From the IMG/VR virus record IMGVR_UViG_3300030109_004835, positions 1 through 63,358 of that record: 63,358 bases of DNA; one strand, written 5' to 3'. This stretch comes from a virus (taxonomy: Duplodnaviria; Caudoviricetes). The notes below the pieces were generated by a model. It did not search any database and was not told the DNA's origin. It saw only the letters and a program-made list of their open reading frames with translations. Position numbers and translations under genes: made by a program. Positions within the stretch are counted from its first letter, which is position 1; each line of letters opens with the position of its first letter. This document shows, piece by piece, positions 27,206-36,209 of the stretch.

Positions 27206-28390
27206 CTACGGCCCGATTCTATCCATAACAGTAGGGGACCAGACCACATCACTGGTGACATTTTGTGTAATTTTATTGTCCATAGATACTGACCCTAGTT
27301 TTACATGATATGTCCCTTCAGTAGACCCATCTTGTGCTGCTTCATCCCGCCTACCAGTAGTAGAAGTCCCCATGCCAACGGATGAGATTGCAAATGGATC
27401 TGGTTCTCCTATCTGAACCCAACAATTAGTAATTTCATTGAATTTCCCTTTCTCAAGGTCTACTTCCCAAACTAAGTAAACATCTCCATATGAGCTTAAT
27501 TGATGATAAGGATCTTCATTATTTTCCCCATGAACAACTGCTTTCATGGGGTTGCCATCTTTAGTGTCTACATTAGGGACTTGCTGGGTAATATTACCTA
27601 TTTCTTCTTGGGCCGCCCCACTACAATAAGTAATCTGACCAGATACGGTGTGTGTTAAGGAACCACTTCCGTAGGTGCTGCCATCAGTGTCTTTAACCCC
27701 CGATGTTGTAGCTTCGTTAGGTTGACCGGTATTTAAACTAAGGGAGTGCTGGTGGGATGGTATAGTGTGGGTGTGGTCGTGTTCGTGGGTGTGTGACCCT
27801 ACTCCAGCGGTGTGGGTGTGGTCATGTTCGTGGGTGTGTGACATCGCCACATCATGGCCATGAGCTATATCATGTGTGTGATCTCCATACCCACTACCAC
27901 TTTGGACACCGGATGTTGTAGTAGTTTGAGACGACGTAGAACCATAACCAGAAACCGCCGCAACGTCGGTGCCGGTAGTCGCGTCATCTGGCTGGCTTGT
28001 AGTCACCGTGCCAGAACCCCCGTTTACATTTCCAGTAGTTGCGTCATCAATAGATGTCGTAACCGTATCAGATCCACTTCCAGTTGGCCCCGATCCAGTA
28101 GACCCCGAAATAGAGTGAGTGTGGTCGTGTTCGTGGGCGTGGTCGGCATGGTCCGCTACGGCAATCGCGCTGGTTTCAAACCGTAAGGTGATAACATCTA
28201 CGCGCCAATGCAGTTCACCATACGCAACCTTCGCGCCCCCGTCCCCGTGCATCAAAGCAAATGCGTGAGGACGATGAAGCAGTTCCCCCGCTGCCCTTTC
28301 GTAACTAGTTGATGATCCTTCAGCCGACCCTATCTGAGATCCTTCTGGAAACTCTGGATCAGGGATAGGGCCTAACTCAATAGGGGTCAT
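27206..28390 (-). CDS. Tail-associated protein with HxHxH-rich metal-binding repeats
   Basis: HAHEHDHTH, HTHEHDHTH x2, HTH, HQH in a Gly/Ser/Thr-rich insert. Confidence 0.65.
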   Translation of the reverse strand: MTPIELGPIPDPEFPEGSQIGSAEGSSTSYERAAGELLHRPHAFALMHGDGGAKVAYGELHWRVDVITLRFETSAIAVADHADHAHEHDHTHSISGSTGSGPTGSGSDTVTTSIDDATTGNVNGGSGTVTTSQPDDATTGTDVAAVSGYGSTSSQTTTTSGVQSGSGYGDHTHDIAHGHDVAMSHTHEHDHTHTAGVGSHTHEHDHTHTIPSHQHSLSLNTGQPNEATTSGVKDTDGSTYGSGSLTHTVSGQITYCSGAAQEEIGNITQQVPNVDTKDGNPMKAVVHGENNEDPYHQLSSYGDVYLVWEVDLEKGKFNEITNCWVQIGEPDPFAISSVGMGTSTTGRRDEAAQDGSTEGTYHVKLGSVSMDNKITQNVTSDVVWSPTVMDRIGP

Positions 28391-28393
28391 GTA

Positions 28394-29749
28394 TTAAGAA
28401 GGGTGGTGGACTTTGACTACCTCAAGTAAATAGCCGCCTCTAAATGGTTGCTGGGTAGCAGACCCATCAAAAGGGTTGCTAAGGTTTGCCCAATCAGTCG
28501 GGCTAGAAGCCTTACACCAAGGTTTAGGGAAAGCGTATTCTCCCAGTTTATGCACAGGATCATTTGTGCCTATAAAATCAGTAAGGGTGATTGCTTCTGT
28601 AAGAACATTAGATACTCGCACGCTAAATTGAATTCCGCTATACGAGGCACTAGATGTTTTAAATATGACTGGCTCAGGGGGAGTAAGAGGCTCTTTGCTC
28701 CACACTTGCAACACAGTCATCTTGGTGGCCCCGCTAAAGCCATCCTTACCTTCTTTATTTCGAACAGTCACCGTAGTGTTGCTACTGCCGTCTTTTTTAT
28801 TAGCAGTGGTAAAAATCAAATCCTCAACAACAGCGGGCCATGTAAAGTTACGGTAGGTAGTGTATTCGCGAATCTTCTTACCGCCAGAGCCGTAAGTAGT
28901 GTGGGCCTCTGCATCTTGTGGGATTACATCCTGTAGAGTTACTTTCCACCAATCATGGCTTAATTGCTCTGCTTCGTGGTTAATGCCTGATGCGTCTAGC
29001 CCCCATACAGCTTCATTTTCCCAAGCCGCAGTGCCCGCTGTTTCTTCTCCGGCTGTGTCGGTCCCTCCCCCGTGGGGTGCATTGTATTTCTCCCCTCTAT
29101 AGATTAATTTCTCTACAGTTCGTAAAACGCCTTCAGTAGCGGGGTCTAATTTCTGGGACGAAATATCTATTCTCCTGAAATAGACTCGTTGTTCAACTAC
29201 GAACAGGCCGTCTAATTCTTTATCGCCTATCCTCTTCTGTTGACGGGTCAACAGAATGTAATCTTTAGAGACCGGAACTTCGTCGGGAGCGCCGCTATTG
29301 TCGTAAGTAATAATGTCTTCCGCAGCAAACTGATTAGTCGGATCCGGCATAAGCTCTCCAGCTATGTGGTTGGCGTCTACGTCAGAAAAGGCAGACCGCA
29401 ACGTAACGTAAGTCCTTACTACGGTGTCATATTTATTACCCCCGATATCAGCTTGGCTGAACTCAAAGTTGTAATCGTCCTGCGAGGCTCTATCGGCTGC
29501 GTAGTAATACTCATACATCAGGCCATTCGCATCGGCCTGCTTGACGAAGCACAACTTGTGGTTTGGGAAGTTCTCTGTGTCAGGGTGCGCGGTCCCGTAG
29601 GCGGGGAGGTTAGCCTCTATTTCTGACGGAGTATTACCAATCTTCTGCGCGTCAACCGTCTCAAAAAACAGAAGGTCCGCTACCTTCGGTGAAACGAAAG
29701 AGAGGACCGACTGCCGCTGCGGGCTGGGCTGATTCCTAGATACAGGCAC
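28394..29749 (-). CDS. Putative tail structural protein
   Basis: 451-aa beta-rich ORF in tail module. Confidence 0.6.
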   Translation of the reverse strand: MPVSRNQPSPQRQSVLSFVSPKVADLLFFETVDAQKIGNTPSEIEANLPAYGTAHPDTENFPNHKLCFVKQADANGLMYEYYYAADRASQDDYNFEFSQADIGGNKYDTVVRTYVTLRSAFSDVDANHIAGELMPDPTNQFAAEDIITYDNSGAPDEVPVSKDYILLTRQQKRIGDKELDGLFVVEQRVYFRRIDISSQKLDPATEGVLRTVEKLIYRGEKYNAPHGGGTDTAGEETAGTAAWENEAVWGLDASGINHEAEQLSHDWWKVTLQDVIPQDAEAHTTYGSGGKKIREYTTYRNFTWPAVVEDLIFTTANKKDGSSNTTVTVRNKEGKDGFSGATKMTVLQVWSKEPLTPPEPVIFKTSSASYSGIQFSVRVSNVLTEAITLTDFIGTNDPVHKLGEYAFPKPWCKASSPTDWANLSNPFDGSATQQPFRGGYLLEVVKVHHPS

Positions 29750-29755
29750 CTGTCG

Positions 29756-29783
29756 AGTATATTCAAACAGGGCTGGATTTCAA
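29756..29783 (-). promoter_or_regulatory. Leaderless sigma70-type promoter
   Basis: TTGAAA-16-TATACT-6 nt-GTG; preceded by hairpin GGTTAAGCG/CGCTTAACC at 29786-29806. Confidence 0.6.
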
Positions 29784-29806
29784 GTGGTTAAGCGTGGCGC
29801 TTAACC

Positions 29807-29983
29807 CTATGAATCCTCCCCTTCAGGGGCTTCAACTGCTTCAAGCTGTGGTTCTTCAACCGCAATCTTATCGAATAGGTGGGTGGCAGCTTTAGCCACG
29901 TTGATGCCGCCTGCTTTCACAGCGATATCAATGAGCTGTGCCAATGCGCGACGTTCGTCGTCGGATAGTTCGATTTTTGCCAT
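29807..29983 (-). CDS. Small hypothetical protein (not in ORF track)
   Basis: MAKIELSDDERRALAQLIDIAVKAGGINVAKAATHLFDKI..., 58 aa, own promoter. Confidence 0.7.
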   Translation of the reverse strand: MAKIELSDDERRALAQLIDIAVKAGGINVAKAATHLFDKIAVEEPQLEAVEAPEGEDS

Positions 29984-29989
29984 GGAGGG

Positions 29990-30018
29990 ACGCTAGAGAG
30001 AAAGAGGTTGGGGTTCAA
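29990..30018 (-). promoter_or_regulatory. Leaderless sigma70-type promoter
   Basis: TTGAAC-17-TAGCGT-6 nt-ATG. Confidence 0.6.
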
Positions 30019-30032
30019 CTATTTTCTTTGTT

Positions 30033-33000
30033 TTAGGAGAGCGTCAGTGAGGTGGTCCTCACTTGGCCGTCCGTTCCTTTGTATTTAACCTTGATCGAAG
30101 TGTTGCTTGCAACTGTAAAGATAAGCTCTCCGTTGTTGGTAGGATCATCTGAGCTTGAGGCCGGAGTCTGGACCAGTGGCTTGTTGGCGACGACCTCTTC
30201 GCGGCTACCGCTGACAGTAAGGTAAGGAGTGATCCCGCCGCTGCCGTTGTCAGCTTGCAGCGTGATTATTTGATCCGTTGCCTGTTGCTCAAGACTCAGC
30301 TCACCGGTGTTCTGAACTAGTCGCGTATTACTTCCGTTGTGGAACAGTTGGAAATCGTTTTGGGTTCCAAGTGCAATCCTGCTATTGTCGGGGAATACAG
30401 TGTAGGTGTTTGTCCCGTCTGCCGAAATCCCCTTTAGTTCAAAGTAGGTTGTGATGTTATTATTACCATCGTCGCACTTGAAATACACTGACTTATCGTC
30501 AGCAAAGTTGCCTATCGTTAGATGACCAGTAAAGTTGTAGATCTGGCTGTCAACTGCATTGTGGTGAATCTGCAAGTCCCCCTCACCGAAGCGTAAAATT
30601 TTGTTATCTGTTATTCTTACATCCCCGTGGATGTCGAAATCAAAAGAAGGAGTGGAGGTCAACACTCCGATCCGGCCCGTGCTGGCATCAAGGCGCATGA
30701 ACTCTGTGGAGTTGGCAGCTTGAAGAACCAAGTCGGCATTCGGAGTTGTCGGCCCGACCTTCATCAGGTTGCCGGTCTGGCTGAATCTGATTTCTGCTCC
30801 AGTCGGATCGTCGGGTGAAGCAAAGACAAGGCGGCCTACATTACCAGCGGCCGTAGCGATGGTTATTCCGCCGTTGCTGTTCGACTCAACAATCAGATCA
30901 TCCGAGTTTGTATCGTAGGTAAAGCTGCCTGCACTTGCCGATTTTACGTGGAGCTTTCCTAATGGACTCGTAGTTCCTACCCCAACGCGAGCATTTTCTG
31001 AGTCGATGGCGAATGGGTATGAAGTAGTATGCCGAGAATAAAACTGTAAGTCTCCCGGTGTTGATCCGTCATCTGGCAGATACCAAGTCATCGTGCCGGT
31101 GTTCAGCATCAACAGATCATGCGTTGGGTTTCCGCCAGTGTAAGAGTCGTTTCCTAGCTGCAGCGAAACCGTGTTGTGGTTAGGCACATTCACATGAAGC
31201 TTTCCTGTCGGGGAAGACGTTCCTAAACCAAAACGCTGCGAGTTGTCTATGGTGACCGCCTTGACTCCTGTGCCTGTATATAGGCAAAGCTTGCCGCTAG
31301 AGGTAGTAGTCGCCATCGCCATTTCAGCGTTGGTGATCATGCCGAAGTAGCCAGCCCTGCCTGTCGTGTTGCCGTGATAGACTTCTAGGTATCCCGTAGC
31401 GTCGTTGGTGCTAGAGCTATTCGGGTCAGAGAGGCGAATGTGCGGATCGTTGCTCGTTCCGTTTAGGATGTGGACCTTTGTTGCAGGTGCAGCTACTCCT
31501 AGCCCAAGGTTGCCCGTATCGCGTGGGATGGTGATGACGTTGGTATCGTCAGAAAGCGTGGTGTTGTTAGTCGCGTGAACGCCGATGTTCAATGCGTTGG
31601 CGCTTCCGTCGTAATGAATAAAACCGCCTTGGAAATTGGCGCTGCCTTCAATGAGTCGAATCTTGCTTCCTTCTGCATTATTGCCGTTGCACTGGATCGC
31701 AAGCGTTGCAGTTGTTGCTCCGTTTATGTGTAGCGGATACGCCACAGAGGTAGTTCCAATGCCGACGTTTCCAGCGGAATCGATTCGCATTCTTTCCGTA
31801 GCAATACCTCCCGCTGCCGAAGCCATATTTGTGGAGAACAAAAGATCGTTCCCAGTTGTAGTAGCCCCAATACCAGAATAGCCGCCAGAACCGCCCATTA
31901 TTAGACCTGCATATCCACCAGCAAACGCATCCCTACCCAAGTGGAATCTAGCGTCTGCCCCTGTAGTATAATAGCCCTGTATTACGCCTGAGTTAGCTTG
32001 GATTCTTGTTCCAGTCGCGCTCTCGCTTCCAAGGTATAGCGTTGAAGAAACCGCCGCACTACCTGTTACCGATAATTTTTGCGCTGGGTTAGTATTACTA
32101 AGACCTAAATTCCCAGCCGACGTAAGCCTTGCTTTCTCAGAGCCTCCAGCATTGAACGCAAAATGAGTCGCGTTTGCGTGGATGTTAAAGGTCATGTCAT
32201 TTGTGCCGTCCAAATGAATATTGGTATCACTTGCAACGCTTGACCTAAGAAATGGAGAGTAAACATTGTCTGCGAATAAGTGTGCCAACGTCAAATTCGC
32301 AGCCGTTCCGCTGAATACTTCCGAAGAATTGGTTGCGTCTTTCAGCAAAGTGAATCCACCCGCGCTATCGTCCCATCCCATGAAGCCAACCTTTGCGCTG
32401 CCGTCGTAGTATCGGAATTCGATGCCCCTATCTTTGTTGTCGTCGGAAGAAGGTGCGGTGTCTCCACCCAATGTAAGAACGGGATCGTCTACCGTGACCG
32501 TAGTTGAATTGACTGTGGTCGTCGTGCCGTCCACTTGAAGATTTCCGAAGATCCTTACAAGGCCAGTGCTGTCTTCGATGCGAAGTCTTTCGGTGCTGTT
32601 TGTGCTGAAACGGATGTCTCCGTTTAATGAAATAAGGCGGTTGTGGTTGCTAGTGTGGGAAATTTGAAAATCATTCGAATTACCAAACAGTAACAGTGTC
32701 CCATCGTAAAAAGTAGTGTTCCCGTTGACCTCTGAATTTCCGCTCCACCGAATGCCGCCTGTGATGTCGAGGGTGTAGATCGGATTAGTGTTACCAATGC
32801 CGACTTTATTGTTTCCGCGATTTATAACCAGAGCGTCCGCGCTAAGGGCACTGTTGCGAATGCGGAACATATCATTGTTCGCGCCACCGGCGTATTGGTT
32901 CTCGATCGTCCAGTTCGTATATGTGCCTGACAATTGAACAACAGGACCAGAACTACCTGTTCCTTTTACAGTAACGGTCGGAGTAGCTCCTTCGACATGA

Positions 33001-35513
33001 AGGATTGATGCTGGTGACGAAGTGCCGATTCCGACTTTTCCTGACTCATCAATCAGCATTCTTTCTGTGCCGGTTACTGTGGTAGTATTGGCAGCAGTGT
33101 AAAATTTGATCTGTGTTGCTGCGTTAGCTTTGTTTGTCCCACCTCCTATGGACACACTGCTGTAATTTTGATCAGAATCACCGACCATAAACAGCACAGG
33201 TTCTTGTGCGTTTGTATAATGAGGGAATGCGACCCTTGAGAATTTGCGAGTGCTATTTGTAATTGACTGTGCGCCTACATCTCCACCCCCAACAAAAGAA
33301 AATCCGTTTTGAGGGGGTACCACCGTCAATGTGTGGCTTGGTGCCGTGACTCCTATACCGACATTTCCTCCGTTCGTCGCTAAACTAAAGTCAATGGCAG
33401 CGTTGCTGCTATTAAAGCGATTAATGTTGCCATCACCCGGATTTATTTCAAGACGGTTCCCACTGCTCTGATACATTCGAAGCTTGGGAGTGTTGCCCAT
33501 TAAGGTGTCGATGTATCCGCTTCCTGATCCGCTAGGGGTCTCAATCTTAAAGTTGGTTGTGCTGCTTCCTTGGACCGTTAGATCTGCGGTAGGTGCCGCA
33601 GTGCCGATGCCCACATGACCGTCCAGCATGGTCATCACCGTCGTGTCTGTGCCGTTCACAAACGTGTTGAACTTCAGCTCGCCGGTTGCAGTAGCGGCTA
33701 CAGGGTCGTGGATTCGGGCAGCAATCTGGGCATAGACTCTGCCGCCACCCTGATCGTTGTTAGACTGATACTGCAACGATCCGATGCTGTCATTGACCGC
33801 AGGGCTTGCGGTGTTTTTGAGCATTCGCAAGAACGTGCCAGAGGAGTCCGCATTCGTGTTTTCAACAACTACAACGGGCTTGTGAGAAGTGGCGCTGGAT
33901 ACATGGAGCAACTCTGAAGCTGCCGAAGTTCCTATCCCTACGTTGCCGCCGTCTAGGATTGTGAAAACACCAGTGTCATTATCTTCTACACGGAAGATGT
34001 GTGCTGTTCCTTTTCCATTCACCAGCAGGGTTGCGCTCTCTCCGTGGTCGCCTGTGTAACCACTCGCAGCGGCAGACTCAAAATATCCTGCGTATTGATT
34101 GTTCGAGCCAGTGCCATCTAAGACACTATGCACGCCGTAAATTCTATTCGAGGCGTGGTTTTTTGCATGTGTTATATCAACATCAATGCCATAGACACGC
34201 GAGTTACCTGAATTACTATCATCAGTCAGCTCAATATAGGCTCCTTTGACATCGCTGTTTGACGGGTAAGAGGTCAGGGCACTCTTAAAGAGATCCAGTG
34301 TTGCGCCGCTGCTGAGAGATGTGGTGACATCTAGTTTTGCTGCTGGTGCCGCGACTCCTATCCCGACGTTGCCGGTCGTATGCTTGACGACAAGCCGGTC
34401 AGTGCCGTTTTCTTGAAGGTGTATGTTTTCGCCTGATCCGGCGTTTAGCTTCAAAGCTCCGCTGCTGCTGAGAGTGTTACTTGCGAAGGTCCAGTAGTAA
34501 CCAATCTTGGCGTAGGTGTCCGACACCCCGCCGCCGATGTGGAGGAATGCGGTTGGGGAGGTTTGATTAATTCCCACATTACCCGAAGGCAAAATTCTCA
34601 TCGCCTCAGACAAAGCTGACCCTGAATGGGTCTTGAATATCATCTGGCTTCCTGAGCCGTTGCCTTGCCCCGTGATCGTTGCGGCCTCGCGTCCGGTCTC
34701 GCGCAAATAAAGAAGGTCGCCGGTTCCCTGAATTTCGACTTCACCGGCAGGTGAAGTAGTGCCAACACCAATCGCACCTACATGAAGCGTTCCGCTCGCA
34801 TCGTTTTGGGTTCCGTTACCCAGCGCGATTGTTCCGTTAGCCGTGCGAGAAAGCGATGCCGTAGGGCTGTCTATACCTGCCCCAAGTGCAACGTATTGAG
34901 CAGATACTGCGTTAAGATGATAGCCCAGACCCACATTGGAACCGTAAAGGCGCTTGCCTGTAAAGTTGATGTATGTCCCTGCCGGAGCAAGGGTCAGGTT
35001 GCCGCTTTGGGTTCCAATAGTCGGGGTTTTTACTGTGCCCGCATGGATGGTTGCTTCCGTCCCACTAAAGACTTCGTTCGAGTTCGTCGCGCTCGTCAGG
35101 AATGTAAACGCATCCGCACTGTCGTCGTAACCCATGAAGCCTCTCTTCGCGGCACCATCGTTATAAAAGAATTCTATGCCCCGATCTTTGCTATCGTTTC
35201 CCGTTAGAGGAGAGCCTTCTTGACCGCCAAGCGTAAATACGGGGTCATCAATCGTGATGACGGTTGAGTTGAATGTGGTGGCGCTGCCGTTGACCTCAAG
35301 CTCCCCGTTAATGAACAACTTATCGGCGCTCTGGTCCCACTGCATGTATTTGCCAGAGCTAGCACCAAAAAACTTTACGTCGTGGCCGTTGCCGTCGGCA
35401 CCAACATTAAGGGCACCTGAAATGGTGCCCCCCGCGTTCAGACCAACTGGTCCCTCTGAAACTACGGTTACCTGATCAAGGGTCTGGGTAACTGTGACTG
35501 ATTCGTTGGCCAT
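30033..35513 (-). CDS. Long tail fiber protein
   Basis: 1826 aa with many GNVGIGTxxP-type repeats and a duplicated DDPVxTLGG...DRGIEF...GFMG domain. Confidence 0.85.
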   Translation of the reverse strand: MANESVTVTQTLDQVTVVSEGPVGLNAGGTISGALNVGADGNGHDVKFFGASSGKYMQWDQSADKLFINGELEVNGSATTFNSTVITIDDPVFTLGGQEGSPLTGNDSKDRGIEFFYNDGAAKRGFMGYDDSADAFTFLTSATNSNEVFSGTEATIHAGTVKTPTIGTQSGNLTLAPAGTYINFTGKRLYGSNVGLGYHLNAVSAQYVALGAGIDSPTASLSRTANGTIALGNGTQNDASGTLHVGAIGVGTTSPAGEVEIQGTGDLLYLRETGREAATITGQGNGSGSQMIFKTHSGSALSEAMRILPSGNVGINQTSPTAFLHIGGGVSDTYAKIGYYWTFASNTLSSSGALKLNAGSGENIHLQENGTDRLVVKHTTGNVGIGVAAPAAKLDVTTSLSSGATLDLFKSALTSYPSNSDVKGAYIELTDDSNSGNSRVYGIDVDITHAKNHASNRIYGVHSVLDGTGSNNQYAGYFESAAASGYTGDHGESATLLVNGKGTAHIFRVEDNDTGVFTILDGGNVGIGTSAASELLHVSSATSHKPVVVVENTNADSSGTFLRMLKNTASPAVNDSIGSLQYQSNNDQGGGRVYAQIAARIHDPVAATATGELKFNTFVNGTDTTVMTMLDGHVGIGTAAPTADLTVQGSSTTNFKIETPSGSGSGYIDTLMGNTPKLRMYQSSGNRLEINPGDGNINRFNSSNAAIDFSLATNGGNVGIGVTAPSHTLTVVPPQNGFSFVGGGDVGAQSITNSTRKFSRVAFPHYTNAQEPVLFMVGDSDQNYSSVSIGGGTNKANAATQIKFYTAANTTTVTGTERMLIDESGKVGIGTSSPASILHVEGATPTVTVKGTGSSGPVVQLSGTYTNWTIENQYAGGANNDMFRIRNSALSADALVINRGNNKVGIGNTNPIYTLDITGGIRWSGNSEVNGNTTFYDGTLLLFGNSNDFQISHTSNHNRLISLNGDIRFSTNSTERLRIEDSTGLVRIFGNLQVDGTTTTVNSTTVTVDDPVLTLGGDTAPSSDDNKDRGIEFRYYDGSAKVGFMGWDDSAGGFTLLKDATNSSEVFSGTAANLTLAHLFADNVYSPFLRSSVASDTNIHLDGTNDMTFNIHANATHFAFNAGGSEKARLTSAGNLGLSNTNPAQKLSVTGSAAVSSTLYLGSESATGTRIQANSGVIQGYYTTGADARFHLGRDAFAGGYAGLIMGGSGGYSGIGATTTGNDLLFSTNMASAAGGIATERMRIDSAGNVGIGTTSVAYPLHINGATTATLAIQCNGNNAEGSKIRLIEGSANFQGGFIHYDGSANALNIGVHATNNTTLSDDTNVITIPRDTGNLGLGVAAPATKVHILNGTSNDPHIRLSDPNSSSTNDATGYLEVYHGNTTGRAGYFGMITNAEMAMATTTSSGKLCLYTGTGVKAVTIDNSQRFGLGTSSPTGKLHVNVPNHNTVSLQLGNDSYTGGNPTHDLLMLNTGTMTWYLPDDGSTPGDLQFYSRHTTSYPFAIDSENARVGVGTTSPLGKLHVKSASAGSFTYDTNSDDLIVESNSNGGITIATAAGNVGRLVFASPDDPTGAEIRFSQTGNLMKVGPTTPNADLVLQAANSTEFMRLDASTGRIGVLTSTPSFDFDIHGDVRITDNKILRFGEGDLQIHHNAVDSQIYNFTGHLTIGNFADDKSVYFKCDDGNNNITTYFELKGISADGTNTYTVFPDNSRIALGTQNDFQLFHNGSNTRLVQNTGELSLEQQATDQIITLQADNGSGGITPYLTVSGSREEVVANKPLVQTPASSSDDPTNNGELIFTVASNTSIKVKYKGTDGQVRTTSLTLS

Positions 35514-35881
35514 TATGAAACTATTTCAGGGGTTATGTCGAAAGTTAAACGGATGTGATGGATTATTTCACCACTAGCAAAAGTGCTGTTATTTGATATT
35601 TTTATATCCCCAATAACAGTAACGGATTCGTTGGGGAGTTTAGTGGCTTCAGCAGTAGACCACTTTAAGTTTATGTTTGCGGCGGTAGCGTTGAGAAGAA
35701 TTCGTAAACCAGTATTCCCCGATACTCCGGTTAAGGTGTCAATTATAGCGCCCGTCAAAGAACGGCGAATAACAAGCTTCGCTGATTTGCCAGAACTAAG
35801 GTCAACGACACTACCCCCAGAGTCTTTAAGGGTAACGTCGATCTGCTGTTGCTGTCCGCGCTGTAATTGAATATTAGCCAT
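35513..35881 (-). CDS. Small tail-associated protein (BppU N-terminal-like)
   Basis: IQLQRG...VTLKD..VVDLS pattern; coupled to fiber gene. Confidence 0.5.
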   Translation of the reverse strand: MANIQLQRGQQQQIDVTLKDSGGSVVDLSSGKSAKLVIRRSLTGAIIDTLTGVSGNTGLRILLNATAANINLKWSTAEATKLPNESVTVIGDIKISNNSTFASGEIIHHIRLTFDITPEIVS

Positions 35882-35889
35882 GGTTCAGG

Positions 35890-36207
35890 TTACGGGGTGT
35901 TTTCCTGAGAGGTCCAATCGGCACCAGCAAGCTCTGCAAGAATCTCTGCATGGGTGTAGGTGTCCATTCCCTCAAACACTTCTGGTGTCTCTCCGTCCCA
36001 CTTCAAGATGGTCTTGGTTCCGTCTACCGATAGGCGGAGGGTAGCCTTAGAGGATTCAATGGCGGCATCGATAAACGTATTGCCGACCACCACTTGCTCC
36101 GTAGTCTCTTCTCCTTCGTCGTCGACGACTACCTGCTCTTCGCTGATGTCTCCAGCGTTGATATCTTCTAGGGTCATTACAACCCACTTTCTATTTTCGT
36201 AACTCAT
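35890..36207 (-). CDS. Acidic hypothetical protein
   Basis: TLRLSVDGTKTILKW...YTHAEIL...W; follows lectin-domain gene. Confidence 0.65.
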   Translation of the reverse strand: MSYENRKWVVMTLEDINAGDISEEQVVVDDEGEETTEQVVVGNTFIDAAIESSKATLRLSVDGTKTILKWDGETPEVFEGMDTYTHAEILAELAGADWTSQENTP

Positions 36208-36209
36208 GG

